From an uncultured Gammaproteobacteria bacterium (lineage in GTDB: Bacteria > Pseudomonadota > Gammaproteobacteria > Steroidobacterales > Woeseiaceae), in NCBI GenBank assembly GCA_963760395.1, contig CAVXCX010000020.1:87345-151344 (forward strand): 64,000 nucleotides of DNA, in the 5' to 3' direction. Each line of letters begins with the position of its first letter. Positions within the stretch are counted from its first letter, which is position 1. Under the pieces are notes generated by a model. It did not search any database. It saw only the letters and a list, made by a program, of their open reading frames with translations, and was not told where the DNA came from. Below are positions 1 through 11,079 of this stretch, in pieces. The position numbers and the translations under genes were made by a program.

Positions 1-114
1 CGACGGGATGACCTCGTCGACCAGTCGTATCTTCTCCACTGCGTCGACCTGAAAGTCGTCCGGTTCCTCAATCAGGGTACCGTCGCGATCGATGAACAGG
101 ACCTTCACGGACAT
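1..114 (-). CDS. hisB: HisB (bifunctional histidinol-phosphatase / IGP dehydratase), N-terminal 38 codons only; the gene runs off the window
   Basis: Reverse-strand ATG at 114 gives [24 protein letters not shown]..., which carries the HAD 'DRDGT' signature of the enteric-type HisB N-domain. It starts 1 nt after the hisC stop, in hisGDCB order. Confidence 0.7.
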   Translation of the reverse strand, partial: MSVKVLFIDRDGTLIEEPDDFQVDAVEKIRLVDEVIPS

Positions 115-115
115 T

Positions 116-1177
116 TCATGACTCCTTCAAGGTTTCGAGTGCTCGCAAGAGCTGGTTGTTCTCAGCTTCGCTGCCGACGGAAATGCGAATACATGACGCC
201 AACGGAGCGCCGAAATACCGTAGAAGAACATGGTGTGCCTCGCAGCGATGCAGCACTTCGCGCGCGTCGTCGACCTCGATCAGAAAAAAGTTCGCGTCGC
301 TTGGCCATACCTTGCGCACGAATGCGAAGGCCTCGATGGCCTGCATCAGACGTTGCCGCTCTCGAATGATCTCGGTAACCGCGCTTTCAGCCAGCGCAAT
401 CTGCTCTTCCTCCAACGCATCCTCAACGCATTCCACGACGGGCGTGGCGAGAGCGTAGGGCGACTGCACGGCGCTGAGCATTCGAACAACAGCCTCGGGA
501 CCAACAACAGCGCCGCATCGTGCACCGGCAAATGCCAGTGCCTTCGAGAGAGTGCGTAACACCAGCAGGTTCGGAAATCGCTCAAGCAATCCAATAACGG
601 AAGGTGATTCGCAAAACTCGACGTAGGCCTCGTCAACCACGACAGCGGACTGGTCACCACGTTCGCGCAATAACTTCTCGAGCTTCGCCTGCGGCAGCGT
701 TGTTCCGGTGGGATTGTTCGGCGAGCAAATGAAGATCAGCCGCGTGTTCTTGTCACAGGCTTCCAGTATCGCGTCGACGTCAATTGCAAAATCATCTTCA
801 GCCGGTGACGCAACCTCGATGAGGCGCGCGCCTTGCACCTCGGCGTAGTGCCGATACATCGAAAATGACGGCGATGTCGTCAACACGCTGTCCTTGCCCG
901 CCCGGCAAAAAGTCCTTACGAGAAGGTCGATGGCTTCACTCGACCCACGGGTTACCAGTAGTTTTTCCGCGGAGCAGCCAAACCGCCGGGCAAGCGATGC
1001 CCGCAGCTTCTGCGGACGCACTTCCGGATAGCGATTGAGCGGCCGCCGAAAACGGTTGTTCGGGTTGACCAGCGGCGACTCGTTAGCGTTAAGACGTATC
1101 GTGTCGTCCACCTGTTCCGCCGCTTCGTAGGCGTGCAGCGCCTGAATCTCGGGTCTTGCGAGTTTCGCTATGTTCAT
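116..1177 (-). CDS. hisC: Histidinol-phosphate aminotransferase
   Basis: 353-aa ORF with a class-II aminotransferase layout (SPNNPTG, LRTLSKA PLP-lysine context). It has a 4-nt start/stop overlap with hisD. Confidence 0.9.
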   Translation of the reverse strand: MNIAKLARPEIQALHAYEAAEQVDDTIRLNANESPLVNPNNRFRRPLNRYPEVRPQKLRASLARRFGCSAEKLLVTRGSSEAIDLLVRTFCRAGKDSVLTTSPSFSMYRHYAEVQGARLIEVASPAEDDFAIDVDAILEACDKNTRLIFICSPNNPTGTTLPQAKLEKLLRERGDQSAVVVDEAYVEFCESPSVIGLLERFPNLLVLRTLSKALAFAGARCGAVVGPEAVVRMLSAVQSPYALATPVVECVEDALEEEQIALAESAVTEIIRERQRLMQAIEAFAFVRKVWPSDANFFLIEVDDAREVLHRCEAHHVLLRYFGAPLASCIRISVGSEAENNQLLRALETLKES

Positions 1178-2478
1178 GGCTCGGCACTCAATCTTCGAGT
1201 GACAGCCGCGGCATGTGCATCCAGGCCTTCGAGACCAGCCAGGCTGACAACCGCGGCGCCGAGATTGTCGAGGCCTTCTCGGCTCAATTCCTGAATCGTC
1301 ATCTGGCGCATGAATTGATCGACCCCCAAACCGCTATACGTTTGTGCAAAACCGTAGGTCGGAAGGACGTGGTTGGTGCCGCTGCAATAGTCGCCGACCG
1401 ATTCCGGCGTCCACTGGCCCAGGAAGATCGAGCCCGCGTTGCGCAGCGCGGGCAGCATTCCGCGAGGATCTTCGACCTGCAGGATCAGGTGCTCCGGTGC
1501 ATAGCGGTTACTTACCACCGCTGCCGTCTCGAGATCCGGCACGATGATAATGCGAGAATTCTGCAGCGCCGCAGCGGCGATCTTTGATCGTGACAATCCG
1601 GCGAGTTGCTGGCCGAGTTCCTCTGCAACCGCTTTAGCGAGCCTTGACGATATCGTGACCAGTACGACCTGGGAGTCAACGCCATGCTCGGCCTGCGAGA
1701 GTAAGTCCGATGCCACGAATTCGGCGGAAGCCTGCTGGTCGGCAATGACCAGGACTTCCGATGGGCCTGCCGGCATGTCCATGGCAGCGCCTGACGGATC
1801 GCCTCCTACCTGTGCCTTGGCGCTGGTAACGAAAGCGTTACCAGGACCGAAGACCTTGCAGACCTTGGGGATACTCTCGGTTCCGTACGCCAGTGCCGCG
1901 ATTGCCTGGGCACCGCCAACCTTGAAGATATCGGTGACCCCGGCTCGTGTTGCAGCAACAAGCACGGCAGGATCGGCCGTGCCATCGGCTCTTGGCGGTG
2001 TGCAGAGAACCTTGGTGGGACAGCCGGCGATGGTGGCCGGAACCGCAAGCATGATGGCGGCAGAGGGCAGTGGCGCGGTTCCTGCCGGCACATAGAGCCC
2101 AACGGCGTCGAGCGCATGGCTGACACGCTCACAGACAACCCCGGGCATTGTCTCGACCCGGATTGATGATGGGCGTTGAGCCTCATGAAAAGCACGCACG
2201 TTGCGGATTGCCAGATCGATGGCATCCAGCTGCCGGTCCGTCAGTTGCCGACCAGCAGCTTCGATTTCTTCAGCCGATACCTGGAACGCGTCTATCTCGG
2301 CGCCGTCGTATTTGCGCGTCAGTTCGATGAGCGCGGCATCACCGCGCGCACGGACCGCGGCAATGATGGTCGCAGTGACTTCTCTTGTGGAATCATCCTG
2401 CGCCAAGGCTGGTCGCTGTAACAGCGCGACCCGTTCGGCGTCAGACAATTCAGTCCAGTTGCTGGGCTCGATAATCAT
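1174..2478 (-). CDS. hisD: Histidinol dehydrogenase
   Basis: 434-aa ORF with a full-length HisD-like sequence (SQAEHGVDSQ, APEHLIL motifs). It lies between hisG and hisC. Confidence 0.93.
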   Translation of the reverse strand: MIIEPSNWTELSDAERVALLQRPALAQDDSTREVTATIIAAVRARGDAALIELTRKYDGAEIDAFQVSAEEIEAAGRQLTDRQLDAIDLAIRNVRAFHEAQRPSSIRVETMPGVVCERVSHALDAVGLYVPAGTAPLPSAAIMLAVPATIAGCPTKVLCTPPRADGTADPAVLVAATRAGVTDIFKVGGAQAIAALAYGTESIPKVCKVFGPGNAFVTSAKAQVGGDPSGAAMDMPAGPSEVLVIADQQASAEFVASDLLSQAEHGVDSQVVLVTISSRLAKAVAEELGQQLAGLSRSKIAAAALQNSRIIIVPDLETAAVVSNRYAPEHLILQVEDPRGMLPALRNAGSIFLGQWTPESVGDYCSGTNHVLPTYGFAQTYSGLGVDQFMRQMTIQELSREGLDNLGAAVVSLAGLEGLDAHAAAVTRRLSAEP

Positions 2479-2481
2479 GAT

Positions 2482-3384
2482 TCAGGCCAGCATCTTCTCT
2501 ACCGGTAAGACGAGCAGGGAGCTCGCACCGGCGGCCTTGAGGTTCTCGAGGGTTTCCCAGAACACGGTTTCACGGCAGACAGCGTGCACGGCAACCTTAT
2601 CGTCGTTGCCGTCGAGCGGCATCACCGTGGGTGCTTCTGATCCCGGCAGCAGGTCACGAATCCTGGGCAGGGCATCGCGGGGCGCATGCAGCATAATGTA
2701 CTTGCTCTCGCGCACCTGTAGTACACCGTCAAGGCGTTGCAGGATCTTGTCGACCAGCGCCTGCTTTTCGTCACCCAACGGCGCCAGCGTCTGGATGACC
2801 ACCGCCTCGCTGTCGAGCAGAACGTCCACCTCGGTCAGCCCATTGGCCTTGAGCGTGGATCCGGTCGACACCAGGTCGCAAATAAAGTCGGCACGGCCAA
2901 GTTTCGGCGCGATCTCGACGGCGCCGGAAAGGTAAACAGTCTCGGCACTTACACTGTTTTGATTTAGAAAACGGTTTAAGAGACCGAGGTAACTTGTTGC
3001 AATTCTTTTATTTTCGAGTGATGCTGGCCCTTCGTAGTCGGTCCCGTCAGGAGCCGCCAGTGCCAGCCGGCAGTGGCCGAAATCCAGCTCGTAGATTTGC
3101 TTGAACAGGCCGTCGCGGCCCTCGGACTTCAGCTTCTCGCGCTTTTCCTCGACGATATTCAGGCCGACGATGCCGAGATCACAAACATCCTCGCTGACCA
3201 GCCCTGGAATGTCGTCATCGCGTACGAGCAGCAGATCGATCGGCATGTTTTCGCCGTAGCAGATCAGCTGGTCCTTGCTCTTGGTCAGTTTGAGACCGCA
3301 ACGCTCCAGCAAATCAACGGAGTGGTCGGTCAGACGGCCGGTCTTTTGCACCGCAATCTTGATGCGCTGCTCGGGGGTATCCAT
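2482..3384 (-). CDS. hisG: ATP phosphoribosyltransferase, long form
   Basis: The ORF-track entry runs 2482..3555, but the HisG-like sequence begins at MDTPEQRIKIAVQKTGRL (ATG at 3384) with an AAGGAA Shine-Dalgarno 8 nt upstream. The upstream 57 codons overlap the yerC-like gene and look non-coding. Confidence 0.9.
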   Translation of the reverse strand: MDTPEQRIKIAVQKTGRLTDHSVDLLERCGLKLTKSKDQLICYGENMPIDLLLVRDDDIPGLVSEDVCDLGIVGLNIVEEKREKLKSEGRDGLFKQIYELDFGHCRLALAAPDGTDYEGPASLENKRIATSYLGLLNRFLNQNSVSAETVYLSGAVEIAPKLGRADFICDLVSTGSTLKANGLTEVDVLLDSEAVVIQTLAPLGDEKQALVDKILQRLDGVLQVRESKYIMLHAPRDALPRIRDLLPGSEAPTVMPLDGNDDKVAVHAVCRETVFWETLENLKAAGASSLLVLPVEKMLA

Positions 3385-3394
3385 TGAGTTTTCC

Positions 3395-3715
3395 TTAGTG
3401 GTGTGTGCCGGAGTGGCGGGTTCGTTCGATGGCCGTGCGGTAGCCGCCGAAGCCATCCGACAGGAATCGTGCGACGCGACCGATGGTGGTAACGCTGACG
3501 CCTGTGAGATCGTGAATCTTCCGATAGGGCAGATCCTGTTGCAGGTATTCCACAACCTGCCAGCGATCGACCAGTGCCTGGAGTTCGGCGGGAGTGCAGA
3601 GGTCCTTGAAGAAATTGCGGCACTCAGCGGCCGTCCGGAGGCTGATTATGGCCTCGAAAAGGGCATCCTCGGCACGCTGCTGCTGTCGCTCTGATTCGTT
3701 ACGGTTGGGTTTCAT
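3395..3715 (-). CDS. YerC/YecD-family TrpR-like DNA-binding protein; candidate histidine-operon regulator (HisR-like)
   Basis: 106-aa ORF. The motifs ...FFKDLCTPAELQALVDRWQV... and ...IHDLTGVSVTTIGRVARFL... match the TrpR/YerC helix-turn-helix pattern. Its stop lies 10 nt before the hisG start. Confidence 0.7.
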   Translation of the reverse strand: MKPNRNESERQQQRAEDALFEAIISLRTAAECRNFFKDLCTPAELQALVDRWQVVEYLQQDLPYRKIHDLTGVSVTTIGRVARFLSDGFGGYRTAIERTRHSGTHH

Positions 3716-3905
3716 GTTGGATCAATGTATTAACGTGTTAGTACGCTATTACAATCCACTCAGAATGGCAAGCTCTATATTGATGCTTCGTCCCTGATCC
3801 GCTTGCCGCATGAATAAATGCAGGAAAAACGGTTACTTGTGAGACTAAATATTCTGGCATCAATGCCTTGACCGCCGCACGAAATTACACATACACTCGC
3901 TGAGA

Positions 3906-4026
3906 CTCATCGAGACCGGTCGAGGGATAGGCCCAACGACGCCGGGGCAACCTTCAGGACTAACCATCCTGAAAAGGTGCCAACTCCTGCGATGCCTTGC
4001 TTAAAGCTTGTGCATCGGTAGATGAG
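3906..4026 (+). promoter_or_regulatory. SAM-I (S-box) riboswitch aptamer
   Basis: The sequence CTCATCGAGACCGGTCGAGGGATAGGCCCAACGACGCCGGGGCAACC...AAAGGTGCCAACTCCTGCGA...GTAGATGAG reproduces the conserved SAM-I core (AUC-AGAG, GAGGGA, GGCCC, GCAACC, GGUGCCAA-UCC). P1 closes as CTCATC/GATGAG. It lies 110 nt upstream of a methionine-biosynthesis gene. Confidence 0.8.
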
Positions 4027-4136
4027 GGTTGCTGCAACACGCCGGGGTACCCGGTTGAAGGGCAGAACATCCCTCCCTTGCGGGCTTCGCAGGGTTCCGA
4101 TGAGACGGTATTGGAATCGACTAGCGGAGACCGACA

Positions 4137-5333
4137 ATGACAGCACCAGCCAGCAAAGCCACTCAAGCCGTTCGGGCGTCCATCGAATCGGACACACAGT
4201 ACGGTGCCGTGGTGCCGCCTCTGCATTTATCCTCCAATTTCGCTTTCGAGGGTTTCGGCGAGAAGCGTCAGTACGATTACACACGGTCCGGTAATCCGAC
4301 GCGCGACGCGCTGGCCGATGCGTTGGCGAATCTGGAGGGCGGTGCCGGAGCAGTAGTGACTTCATCGGGCATGGCGGCACTGACGTTACTAACGCAGCTC
4401 CTCAAGCCTGGCGATGTGATTGTTGCGCCGCACGACTGCTACGGCGGCACATTCCGGCTGTTCGAGCAGCAGTCGAAGAAAGGTCTTTTTGAGGTTCGTT
4501 TTGTAGACCAGACCGACCTCGAGGGTTTGCGCGCGGCCTGCGAAGACGGCCCCGCAATCATCCTGGCCGAGACCCCGTCGAACCCGTTGCTCCGCATCGT
4601 GGATATCGCCGCAATTGCGAATATCGCTTCCGATTGCGGCGCCTTGCTCGCAGTCGACAATACCTTCTTGTCGCCGGCGTTACAGAATCCGATTGAATTC
4701 GGCGCCGACCTGGTTATTCACTCCACCACCAAGTACATCAACGGCCATAGTGACGTTGTTGGCGGATGTGTCGTTGCGGCGACCGAGGAGCTTGCTGAAG
4801 AAATCGCTTACTGGGCCAACTGTATTGGCATCACCGGGGCGCCGTTTGACAGCTTCATGACGCTGCGCGGAATTCGCACCTTGCATCCGCGAATCCGTCA
4901 GCATGAGGAGAGCGCGAGCCTCATTGCCAACCTGCTGGACAAGCATAGCCAGGTTGAGCAGGTCTACTACCCCGGCCTCGATACCCATCCAGGACACGAT
5001 ATAGCCAAGCGGCAGCAGCGTGGCTTTGGCGGCATGATCAGTTTCGAGCTTGAGGGCGGCGAGGCCGCTGTGAGGACCTTTGTCGAGCATCTCCGGTTCT
5101 TCTCGCTGGCCGAGTCGCTGGGCGGTGTAGAAAGTCTCGTTTGCCATCCGCGGTCGATGACGCATGCACCGGTCAATGATGATGCGCTCGCCGCGGCGGG
5201 CATCCGGCCAAACCTGGTCCGTCTCTCGATAGGACTCGAGGCTTCGGAAGACCTCGTCGCCGATCTGCTGAGCGCCCTTGAGGCGGCTGCTTCGCTAGCA
5301 ACGCTGAAACCTGTTGCTGCGGCCTGCGCCTGA
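4137..5333 (+). CDS. Cys/Met-metabolism PLP enzyme (cystathionine gamma-synthase / O-acylhomoserine thiol-lyase type)
   Basis: 398-aa ORF carrying YTRSGNPTRDAL and the PLP-lysine context HSTTKYINGHSD. A GGAG lies 7 nt before the ATG. It is followed by metX. Confidence 0.85.
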   Translation: MTAPASKATQAVRASIESDTQYGAVVPPLHLSSNFAFEGFGEKRQYDYTRSGNPTRDALADALANLEGGAGAVVTSSGMAALTLLTQLLKPGDVIVAPHDCYGGTFRLFEQQSKKGLFEVRFVDQTDLEGLRAACEDGPAIILAETPSNPLLRIVDIAAIANIASDCGALLAVDNTFLSPALQNPIEFGADLVIHSTTKYINGHSDVVGGCVVAATEELAEEIAYWANCIGITGAPFDSFMTLRGIRTLHPRIRQHEESASLIANLLDKHSQVEQVYYPGLDTHPGHDIAKRQQRGFGGMISFELEGGEAAVRTFVEHLRFFSLAESLGGVESLVCHPRSMTHAPVNDDALAAAGIRPNLVRLSIGLEASEDLVADLLSALEAAASLATLKPVAAACA

Positions 5334-5338
5334 CCGAA

Positions 5339-6442
5339 ATGAGTCTTCCGTCGCATCTCCAGGCGCATGTTTCGGCGGACACGCGTTTCCTGCGTGTCGA
5401 GGGCGAGTTTGCCCTCGAGAATGGCGAGCAGCTCAGGGATGTGGACATTGCCTACCGGACATGGGGTGATCCAGCCAATGCGGCAGGTGGCGCGATCCTG
5501 ATTTGCCATGCACTAACGGGGTCCGCCGATGTCGATGCCTGGTGGCCGAACATCATAGGCACAGGAAAGGCCTTCGATCCGGCGAACGACTTCATTATCT
5601 GCTCGAACATTATTGGCAGTTGTTACGGCACGACCGGGCCGGTCAGTATCAAGCCGGGTTCGACGCAGCGCTACCGCGCCGACTTTCCGCGCATTTCGGT
5701 ACGCGACATGGTCGAGCTACAGCGCGTGCTGCTCGATGAGCTCGGAGTGTCCCGCCTGGAACTCGTGACGGGGCCCTCTCTCGGCGGTATGCAAGCGCTT
5801 GAGTGGGCGATCAGTTACCCCGATCGGGTGGACAGCGTCGTGCCCATCGGCGTCGGCGGCCGTCATTCCGCCTGGTGCATAGGTGTGAGCGAGGCTCAGC
5901 GAGCAGCGATCGCGGCCGACCCCAACTGGAATGACGGGTTTTACACCGACGCAGCGCCACCGTCGGATGGTTTGGCGGCAGCTCGCATGATGGCCATCTG
6001 TACGTACCGCAGCTGGGAGAGCTTTGATCGCCGATTTGGCCGCGACAAAAGCGAGGACGAGGAGTACCAGGTTCAGTCCTACCTGCGATACCAGGGCGAC
6101 AAGATTAATGAGCGCTTCGATGCGAATACTTACGTAACGCTGACTCATGCGATGCATACGCACGATCTGTCACGGGGCAGGGGCGAATACCTCGACGTAC
6201 TGGCCTCAATCTCGCAGCCGGCGCTGGTTGTCTCGGTGAGTACAGATGCGCTGTATCCGCCGGAGGAGCAGCAACTGTTAGCTGAGCATCTGCCGGCTTC
6301 CAGCTACGAGGTACTGGAATCGGCGCATGGCCATGACGGGTTCCTGATAGAAACTGAGGAGCTGGGTAAGAAGATCATCCGTTTTCGCAACGCCAACAAG
6401 GCACGTGCGAACCTCAGGGCGGTCAGCTCAGGCAGCGAATAA
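5339..6442 (+). CDS. metX: Homoserine O-acyltransferase (MetX family)
   Basis: 367-aa ORF of the alpha/beta-hydrolase MetX type (HALTG, nucleophile elbow [13 protein letters not shown]-terminal HGHDGFL). Confidence 0.9.
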   Translation: MSLPSHLQAHVSADTRFLRVEGEFALENGEQLRDVDIAYRTWGDPANAAGGAILICHALTGSADVDAWWPNIIGTGKAFDPANDFIICSNIIGSCYGTTGPVSIKPGSTQRYRADFPRISVRDMVELQRVLLDELGVSRLELVTGPSLGGMQALEWAISYPDRVDSVVPIGVGGRHSAWCIGVSEAQRAAIAADPNWNDGFYTDAAPPSDGLAAARMMAICTYRSWESFDRRFGRDKSEDEEYQVQSYLRYQGDKINERFDANTYVTLTHAMHTHDLSRGRGEYLDVLASISQPALVVSVSTDALYPPEEQQLLAEHLPASSYEVLESAHGHDGFLIETEELGKKIIRFRNANKARANLRAVSSGSE

Positions 6443-7484
6443 TTTCGGCGGTCATCTCGTCGGTCGAGATTGGCTGCTCACCTTTCGCGGCGATATCTGC
6501 AGTCCTCGCACCGCCCGAGATAGCGGCGGCGATGGCGGTCTCTATAGCAACCGCCTCGTCCTCGAGATCCAGGCTGTGGCGCAGCAGCATTGCTGCGCTG
6601 GCAATCGCTGCGCAGGGGTTGGCGATGCCACGACCAGCGATGTCGGGCGCCGAGCCGTGTATGGGCTCATAAAGGCCGCGGCTGGAATCGCCCAGAGATG
6701 CGGACGGTAGCATTCCCATAGAGCCAGCAAGCATCGAGGCTTCATCGGTCAGGATGTCGCCAAACATATTTTCGGTGACGATGACGTCGAACGAAGCCGG
6801 GCGACTCAAGAGGTGCATGGCAGCCGCATCGACCAGCAGCGTCTCGAGCGCAATGTCCGGAAATTCCTCGGCCATTATGCGATCAGTAACCTCCCGCCAT
6901 AGACGAGACGTCTCGAGAATGTTGGCTTTGTCGACCGAGCACAGGCGCTTGTCCCGACCTGCGGCCAGCCGGGCTGCAACGCGCACGATACGCTCGATTT
7001 CATAGCGCTCATAAACGCACAGGTCACTGGCGGAGTCGGCATCGCGAGATTTTTCACCAAAATAAATGCCGCCGGTCAGTTCTCGAACGACCAGTAAATC
7101 TACGCCCTCAAGCAGCTCCGCCTTGAGTGGCGATGCGGCAGCCAGTTCAGGGTAGATTTTTACGGGCCGAAGATTGGCGTACACGCCGAGCAGGGCGCGC
7201 AGCTGGAGCAGACCTTGTTCTGGCCGAACCGGCGCATTGGGGTCCGACCACTTGGGGCCGCCTACGGCACCCAGCAGCACTGCATCGCTCGCCTCACAGG
7301 CGGCTCTGGTGGCTTCCGGCAGCGGATTACCAGTTTCATCAATAGCGATACCGCCCATCAACGCTTCCTGGAACTCGAAGCGATGCCCATTCTTATCAGC
7401 TACGGCTTGCATGACGCGCCGCGCGCTGACCGTGACGTCGGGGCCGATGCCATCTCCGGGCAACAGCGTGATTACGGCTTCCAC
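6423..7484 (-). CDS. leuB: 3-isopropylmalate dehydrogenase
   Basis: 353-aa ORF with isocitrate/isopropylmalate dehydrogenase signatures ([25 protein letters not shown]). It is part of a leu gene cluster. Confidence 0.93.
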   Translation of the reverse strand: MEAVITLLPGDGIGPDVTVSARRVMQAVADKNGHRFEFQEALMGGIAIDETGNPLPEATRAACEASDAVLLGAVGGPKWSDPNAPVRPEQGLLQLRALLGVYANLRPVKIYPELAAASPLKAELLEGVDLLVVRELTGGIYFGEKSRDADSASDLCVYERYEIERIVRVAARLAAGRDKRLCSVDKANILETSRLWREVTDRIMAEEFPDIALETLLVDAAAMHLLSRPASFDVIVTENMFGDILTDEASMLAGSMGMLPSASLGDSSRGLYEPIHGSAPDIAGRGIANPCAAIASAAMLLRHSLDLEDEAVAIETAIAAAISGGARTADIAAKGEQPISTDEMTAEIIRCLS

Positions 7485-8056
7485 GTGCGGCTCTCCTCAA
7501 AATTCGCGATTTCATCATGATGCTGAAGTAGAAATCCGAGCTGGTCGATACCTTCGACGAGGCAGTGTTTTGCAAATGCGTCAATCGGGAAGCTCGTGAC
7601 CGTTCCATCCGGGAGCGTGAGAGTCGCATTCTTAACGTCGATCTCGACCTCAACGCCCGGATTGTCGATCAACCAACGATGCGTATCCTGATCAACCACC
7701 ACTGGCACGAGTCCGTTCTTCAGGGAGTTGTTGCGAAATATGTCCGCTATTTCCGTCGAAATAATGGCGCGGAAGCCGAAGTCGAGTAGCGCCCACGGAG
7801 CATGCTCTCGCGACGAGCCGCAGCCGAAATTGTTGCCGGCAATCAGGATTTCGCAGCCTTTTGCGGACGACGTGTTCAACGGGAATTTGCCATTCTCGCT
7901 GCCATCGCTGTTGTAACGCAGGTCGTAGAACAGGTTGCGGCCCAATCCCTCTCGAGAGGTTGTCGTCAGAAAGCGGGCGGCGATGATTTGGTCGGTGTCG
8001 ATGTCTTTTGTCGGCAGCACGACGGTGCGGGATTTTATGTGTGTGATGCCGCTCAT
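7472..8056 (-). CDS. leuD: 3-isopropylmalate dehydratase small subunit
   Basis: 194-aa ORF with [17 protein letters not shown]. It overlaps leuC and leuB. Confidence 0.92.
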   Translation of the reverse strand: MSGITHIKSRTVVLPTKDIDTDQIIAARFLTTTSREGLGRNLFYDLRYNSDGSENGKFPLNTSSAKGCEILIAGNNFGCGSSREHAPWALLDFGFRAIISTEIADIFRNNSLKNGLVPVVVDQDTHRWLIDNPGVEVEIDVKNATLTLPDGTVTSFPIDAFAKHCLVEGIDQLGFLLQHHDEIANFEESRTWKP

Positions 8057-9453
8057 GAAATTGTCCTCGGGTCCGTCACTCGGCCACGCAGCGCAGAGGC
8101 GGCGGCCGTCGCGGGACTGGCCAGTACAGTGCGAGCGCCAATTCCCTGGCGACCCTCGAAATTTCGATTACTGGTGCTGACACTCAGTTTGCCGCTCGGC
8201 ACCGTATCGCCATTCATGCCGATACACATGGAACAGCCTGCTTCGCGCCATTCGGCGCCGGCCTTCAGGATGATCTGGTCGAGGCCTTCATTCTCGGCCT
8301 CTTTCTTGACCTGTTGTGAGCCGGGCACAACCAGCATGCGCACGCCGTCGGCGATTTTCCGGCCCTGCAGTACACGCGCGGTCTCGCGGATATCGGAGAG
8401 CCTGCCGTTCGTGCAGCTGCCGACAAACACGACGTCGACGTCGTTTTCCGTCATCGGCTTGCCGGATTCAATACGCATGTAGTCCAGCGCTTTTCGGAAG
8501 CTGGGATCGCCACCACCATCCGGCACGGGGTCACCGATGCCAACAACCATTCCAGGGTTGGTGCCGAAGGTAACCATCGGCTGCAGTACCGAGGCGTCCA
8601 GCGCGACCGACTTGTCGAAATGGGCGCCATCGTCGGTGCGCAGTGTCTTCCAGCGGGTGACCGCCGCCTCCCAGTCGGCCCCCTTGGGAGACCTGGGTCG
8701 ATCATGCAAGTACTCGAAGGTCGTGTCATCGGGTGCGATCATCCCGGCACGGGCGCCACCTTCGATCGACATATTACAGACCGTCATCCGGCTCTCCATA
8801 TCGAGCCCGTTTATCGCTTCGCCGCGGTATTCAATAACGTGTCCGGTTCCGCCGTTTACGCCGATTTGGCCAATTACCGCGAGGATGAGGTCCTTGGCCG
8901 AAACTCCCGTGGGCAGATTCCCTTCGACGCTTACTGCCAGCGTTTTCGGTTTACGCTGCAGCAGGCATTGTGTCGCAAGTACATGGCCAACCTCAGTGGT
9001 GCCGATTCCGAAGGCGAGGGCCCCAAAAGCGCCGTGTGTGCTCGAGTGGCTGTCACCACAGACGATCGTTTTGCCAGGTTGGGTTGCTCCCAGCTCGGGG
9101 CCGATGACATGCACAATGCCGCGCTGCTCGTTGCCAAAGCCGATCAGGTCGAGACCGAACTCCTTGCAGTTGATCTCCATCTGCCGGATCTGATTCGCTG
9201 CGCTTTCGCCGACAACAGCCAGATCCTTAAAACTGAAAACCGGTGTCGTAGGCGTCGAATGGTCCATCGTGGGCAAGGTGAGGTCGGGTCGCCGCACCGG
9301 CAGACCCTGTTCCCGAAGCACAGTGAACGCCTGCGGCGTTGTGACCTCATGAATAATGTGCAGGTCGATATAAAGTATTGCGGGCGTGCTGTCTGTTTCC
9401 GTAACGACGACATGATCTGACCAGACCTTGTCAAATAACGTTGTCCTGCTCAC
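8053..9453 (-). CDS. leuC: 3-isopropylmalate dehydratase large subunit
   Basis: 466-aa ORF of the aconitase family ([37 protein letters not shown]). Confidence 0.93.
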   Translation of the reverse strand: MSRTTLFDKVWSDHVVVTETDSTPAILYIDLHIIHEVTTPQAFTVLREQGLPVRRPDLTLPTMDHSTPTTPVFSFKDLAVVGESAANQIRQMEINCKEFGLDLIGFGNEQRGIVHVIGPELGATQPGKTIVCGDSHSSTHGAFGALAFGIGTTEVGHVLATQCLLQRKPKTLAVSVEGNLPTGVSAKDLILAVIGQIGVNGGTGHVIEYRGEAINGLDMESRMTVCNMSIEGGARAGMIAPDDTTFEYLHDRPRSPKGADWEAAVTRWKTLRTDDGAHFDKSVALDASVLQPMVTFGTNPGMVVGIGDPVPDGGGDPSFRKALDYMRIESGKPMTENDVDVVFVGSCTNGRLSDIRETARVLQGRKIADGVRMLVVPGSQQVKKEAENEGLDQIILKAGAEWREAGCSMCIGMNGDTVPSGKLSVSTSNRNFEGRQGIGARTVLASPATAAASALRGRVTDPRTIS

Positions 9454-9464
9454 GGTGCCTCCGC

Positions 9465-11030
9465 CTAGATCGTTGCTTGTTCGGGGTTCGGTTTGCCGCG
9501 CGTCGAGCCTTCATGCCGCTGACGTCGAAGAATCCGGTTCATAACCTCCAGACAGGCGCGGCAGCCGGCTTCGACAATATCCACGCTTGCGCCACGCCCA
9601 CGGAAACTCTCGCCTTCGTGTTCTACGGTGACGGTTACCTCGCCGAGAGCGTCCTCGCCAATTGATGCACTGTGCAATTCGAAGTTACGCAGGGTCAGTT
9701 GTACGCCGGTGGCTTTCTCGAGAGCCAGGAAGGCTGCGGCAACCGGACCGTCGCCATGTGCGCTGGCGTTGCTCTTTGTGCCATCTTCGTTGGCCAGCGA
9801 AACGGCAGCAGTAGCAGGCTGATCGGTGTGCGTCTGTACTTCGAGCGAATCGAGTGTCCAGGGCCCGGAGGAGGTGCCCTCGGCATTCATTATGATGGCC
9901 TCGATGTCACCGTCGTAGACGTCTTTCTTCTGGTCGGCGAGTTTCTTAAACGCATTGAAGGCGCGATTGGTCTCCATTTCATCCAGCTCGAAGCCGAGCT
10001 CCGAGACACGATTGCGGAACGCATGGCGGCCGCTGTGTTTGCCGAGGACGAGATTCGAGCGACTCAGCCCGACATCTTCAGGACGCATGATTTCATAGGT
10101 GGACGCGTGTTGCAGCATGCCGTGCTGATGGATTCCGGCCTCGTGTGCAAAGGCATTTTCGCCGACAATCGCCTTGTTTCGCGGGGTGTGCATACCGGTG
10201 ATATTTGAAACCAGGCGCGAGGTCGGATACAGGCGCGTGGTGTCGATGCCTGTCTCGAGACCAAAGAACTCGGCACGAGTCTTGACGGCCATGACGGCTT
10301 CCTCAAGGCTGCAGTTTCCGGCACGCTCTCCTATGCCGTTAATGGTGCACTCGATCTGGCGGGCTCCGGCATTGACCGCAGCCAGGCTGTTCGCAACGGC
10401 CATACCGAGGTCATCGTGACAATGCACACTCAGGATAATGTCGTCGATGCCCTCGACATGCTCTTTCAGGTAGCGAAACAGGCGGTCGAATTCCGCTGGT
10501 ACCGTGTAGCCGACAGTGTCAGGGATATTGATAGTCGTCGCGCCCGCCTCGATGGCCGCCGACACAACCTCTGCAAGGAAGGAAAGCTCCGTGCGCGACG
10601 CATCTTCCGGTGAGAACTCCACATCGTCTACGAGACCTCGGGCCATCTCGATCGCGCCGACGGCACTCTTGATGATCTCTTTCTTTGCCATTTTCAGCTT
10701 GTGCTCCCGATGAATCGCACTGGTCGCTACAAACACATGAATGCGATGTCGGTCCGCACCTTTGACCGCCTCGTAGACTTTTTCGATATCGGCGGCGTTA
10801 CAACGCGCCAGGCCACAAATAACCGGGCCGAAGTTGCTGTCGGCGATCGCCTTTACGGATTCAAAATCGCCGGGCGAGGCCGCAGGGAAGCCAGCCTCGA
10901 TGACGTCGACATTAAGCTCAGATAGCGCCTTCGCAATACGAAGTTTCTCACTAAGCGTCATACTGCAGCCCGGAGCCTGTTCCCCGTCGCGTAACGTTGT
11001 GTCGAAAATGCGTATCTGTGAATCTGACAT
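9465..11030 (-). CDS. leuA: 2-isopropylmalate synthase
   Basis: 521-aa ORF. The N-terminus [14 protein letters not shown] and the [14 protein letters not shown] motif are typical of LeuA. Confidence 0.93.
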   Translation of the reverse strand: MSDSQIRIFDTTLRDGEQAPGCSMTLSEKLRIAKALSELNVDVIEAGFPAASPGDFESVKAIADSNFGPVICGLARCNAADIEKVYEAVKGADRHRIHVFVATSAIHREHKLKMAKKEIIKSAVGAIEMARGLVDDVEFSPEDASRTELSFLAEVVSAAIEAGATTINIPDTVGYTVPAEFDRLFRYLKEHVEGIDDIILSVHCHDDLGMAVANSLAAVNAGARQIECTINGIGERAGNCSLEEAVMAVKTRAEFFGLETGIDTTRLYPTSRLVSNITGMHTPRNKAIVGENAFAHEAGIHQHGMLQHASTYEIMRPEDVGLSRSNLVLGKHSGRHAFRNRVSELGFELDEMETNRAFNAFKKLADQKKDVYDGDIEAIIMNAEGTSSGPWTLDSLEVQTHTDQPATAAVSLANEDGTKSNASAHGDGPVAAAFLALEKATGVQLTLRNFELHSASIGEDALGEVTVTVEHEGESFRGRGASVDIVEAGCRACLEVMNRILRRQRHEGSTRGKPNPEQATI

Positions 11031-11079
11031 CGGCTCTATCCTCCGCTATTGCCTCAATTTCTGCGTGTCGCCCTGGGCA

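Noticed and set aside
3385-3555. N-terminal extension of hisG in the ORF track. Similar 5' extensions occur for gspN, gspJ, gspH, the fadJ-like gene, pabB, the ferredoxin gene and the peroxiredoxin gene.
   Set aside because: The extensions overlap upstream genes, encode Arg/Ser/Pro-rich sequence, and are followed by internal starts with better Shine-Dalgarno sequences and family-typical N-termini.
4075-4100. Hairpin CCCT(T)GCG-GGCTT-CGCAGGG as an intrinsic terminator of the SAM riboswitch
   Set aside because: The stem is bulged and is not followed by a U-tract, so a transcription-termination platform is not supported.
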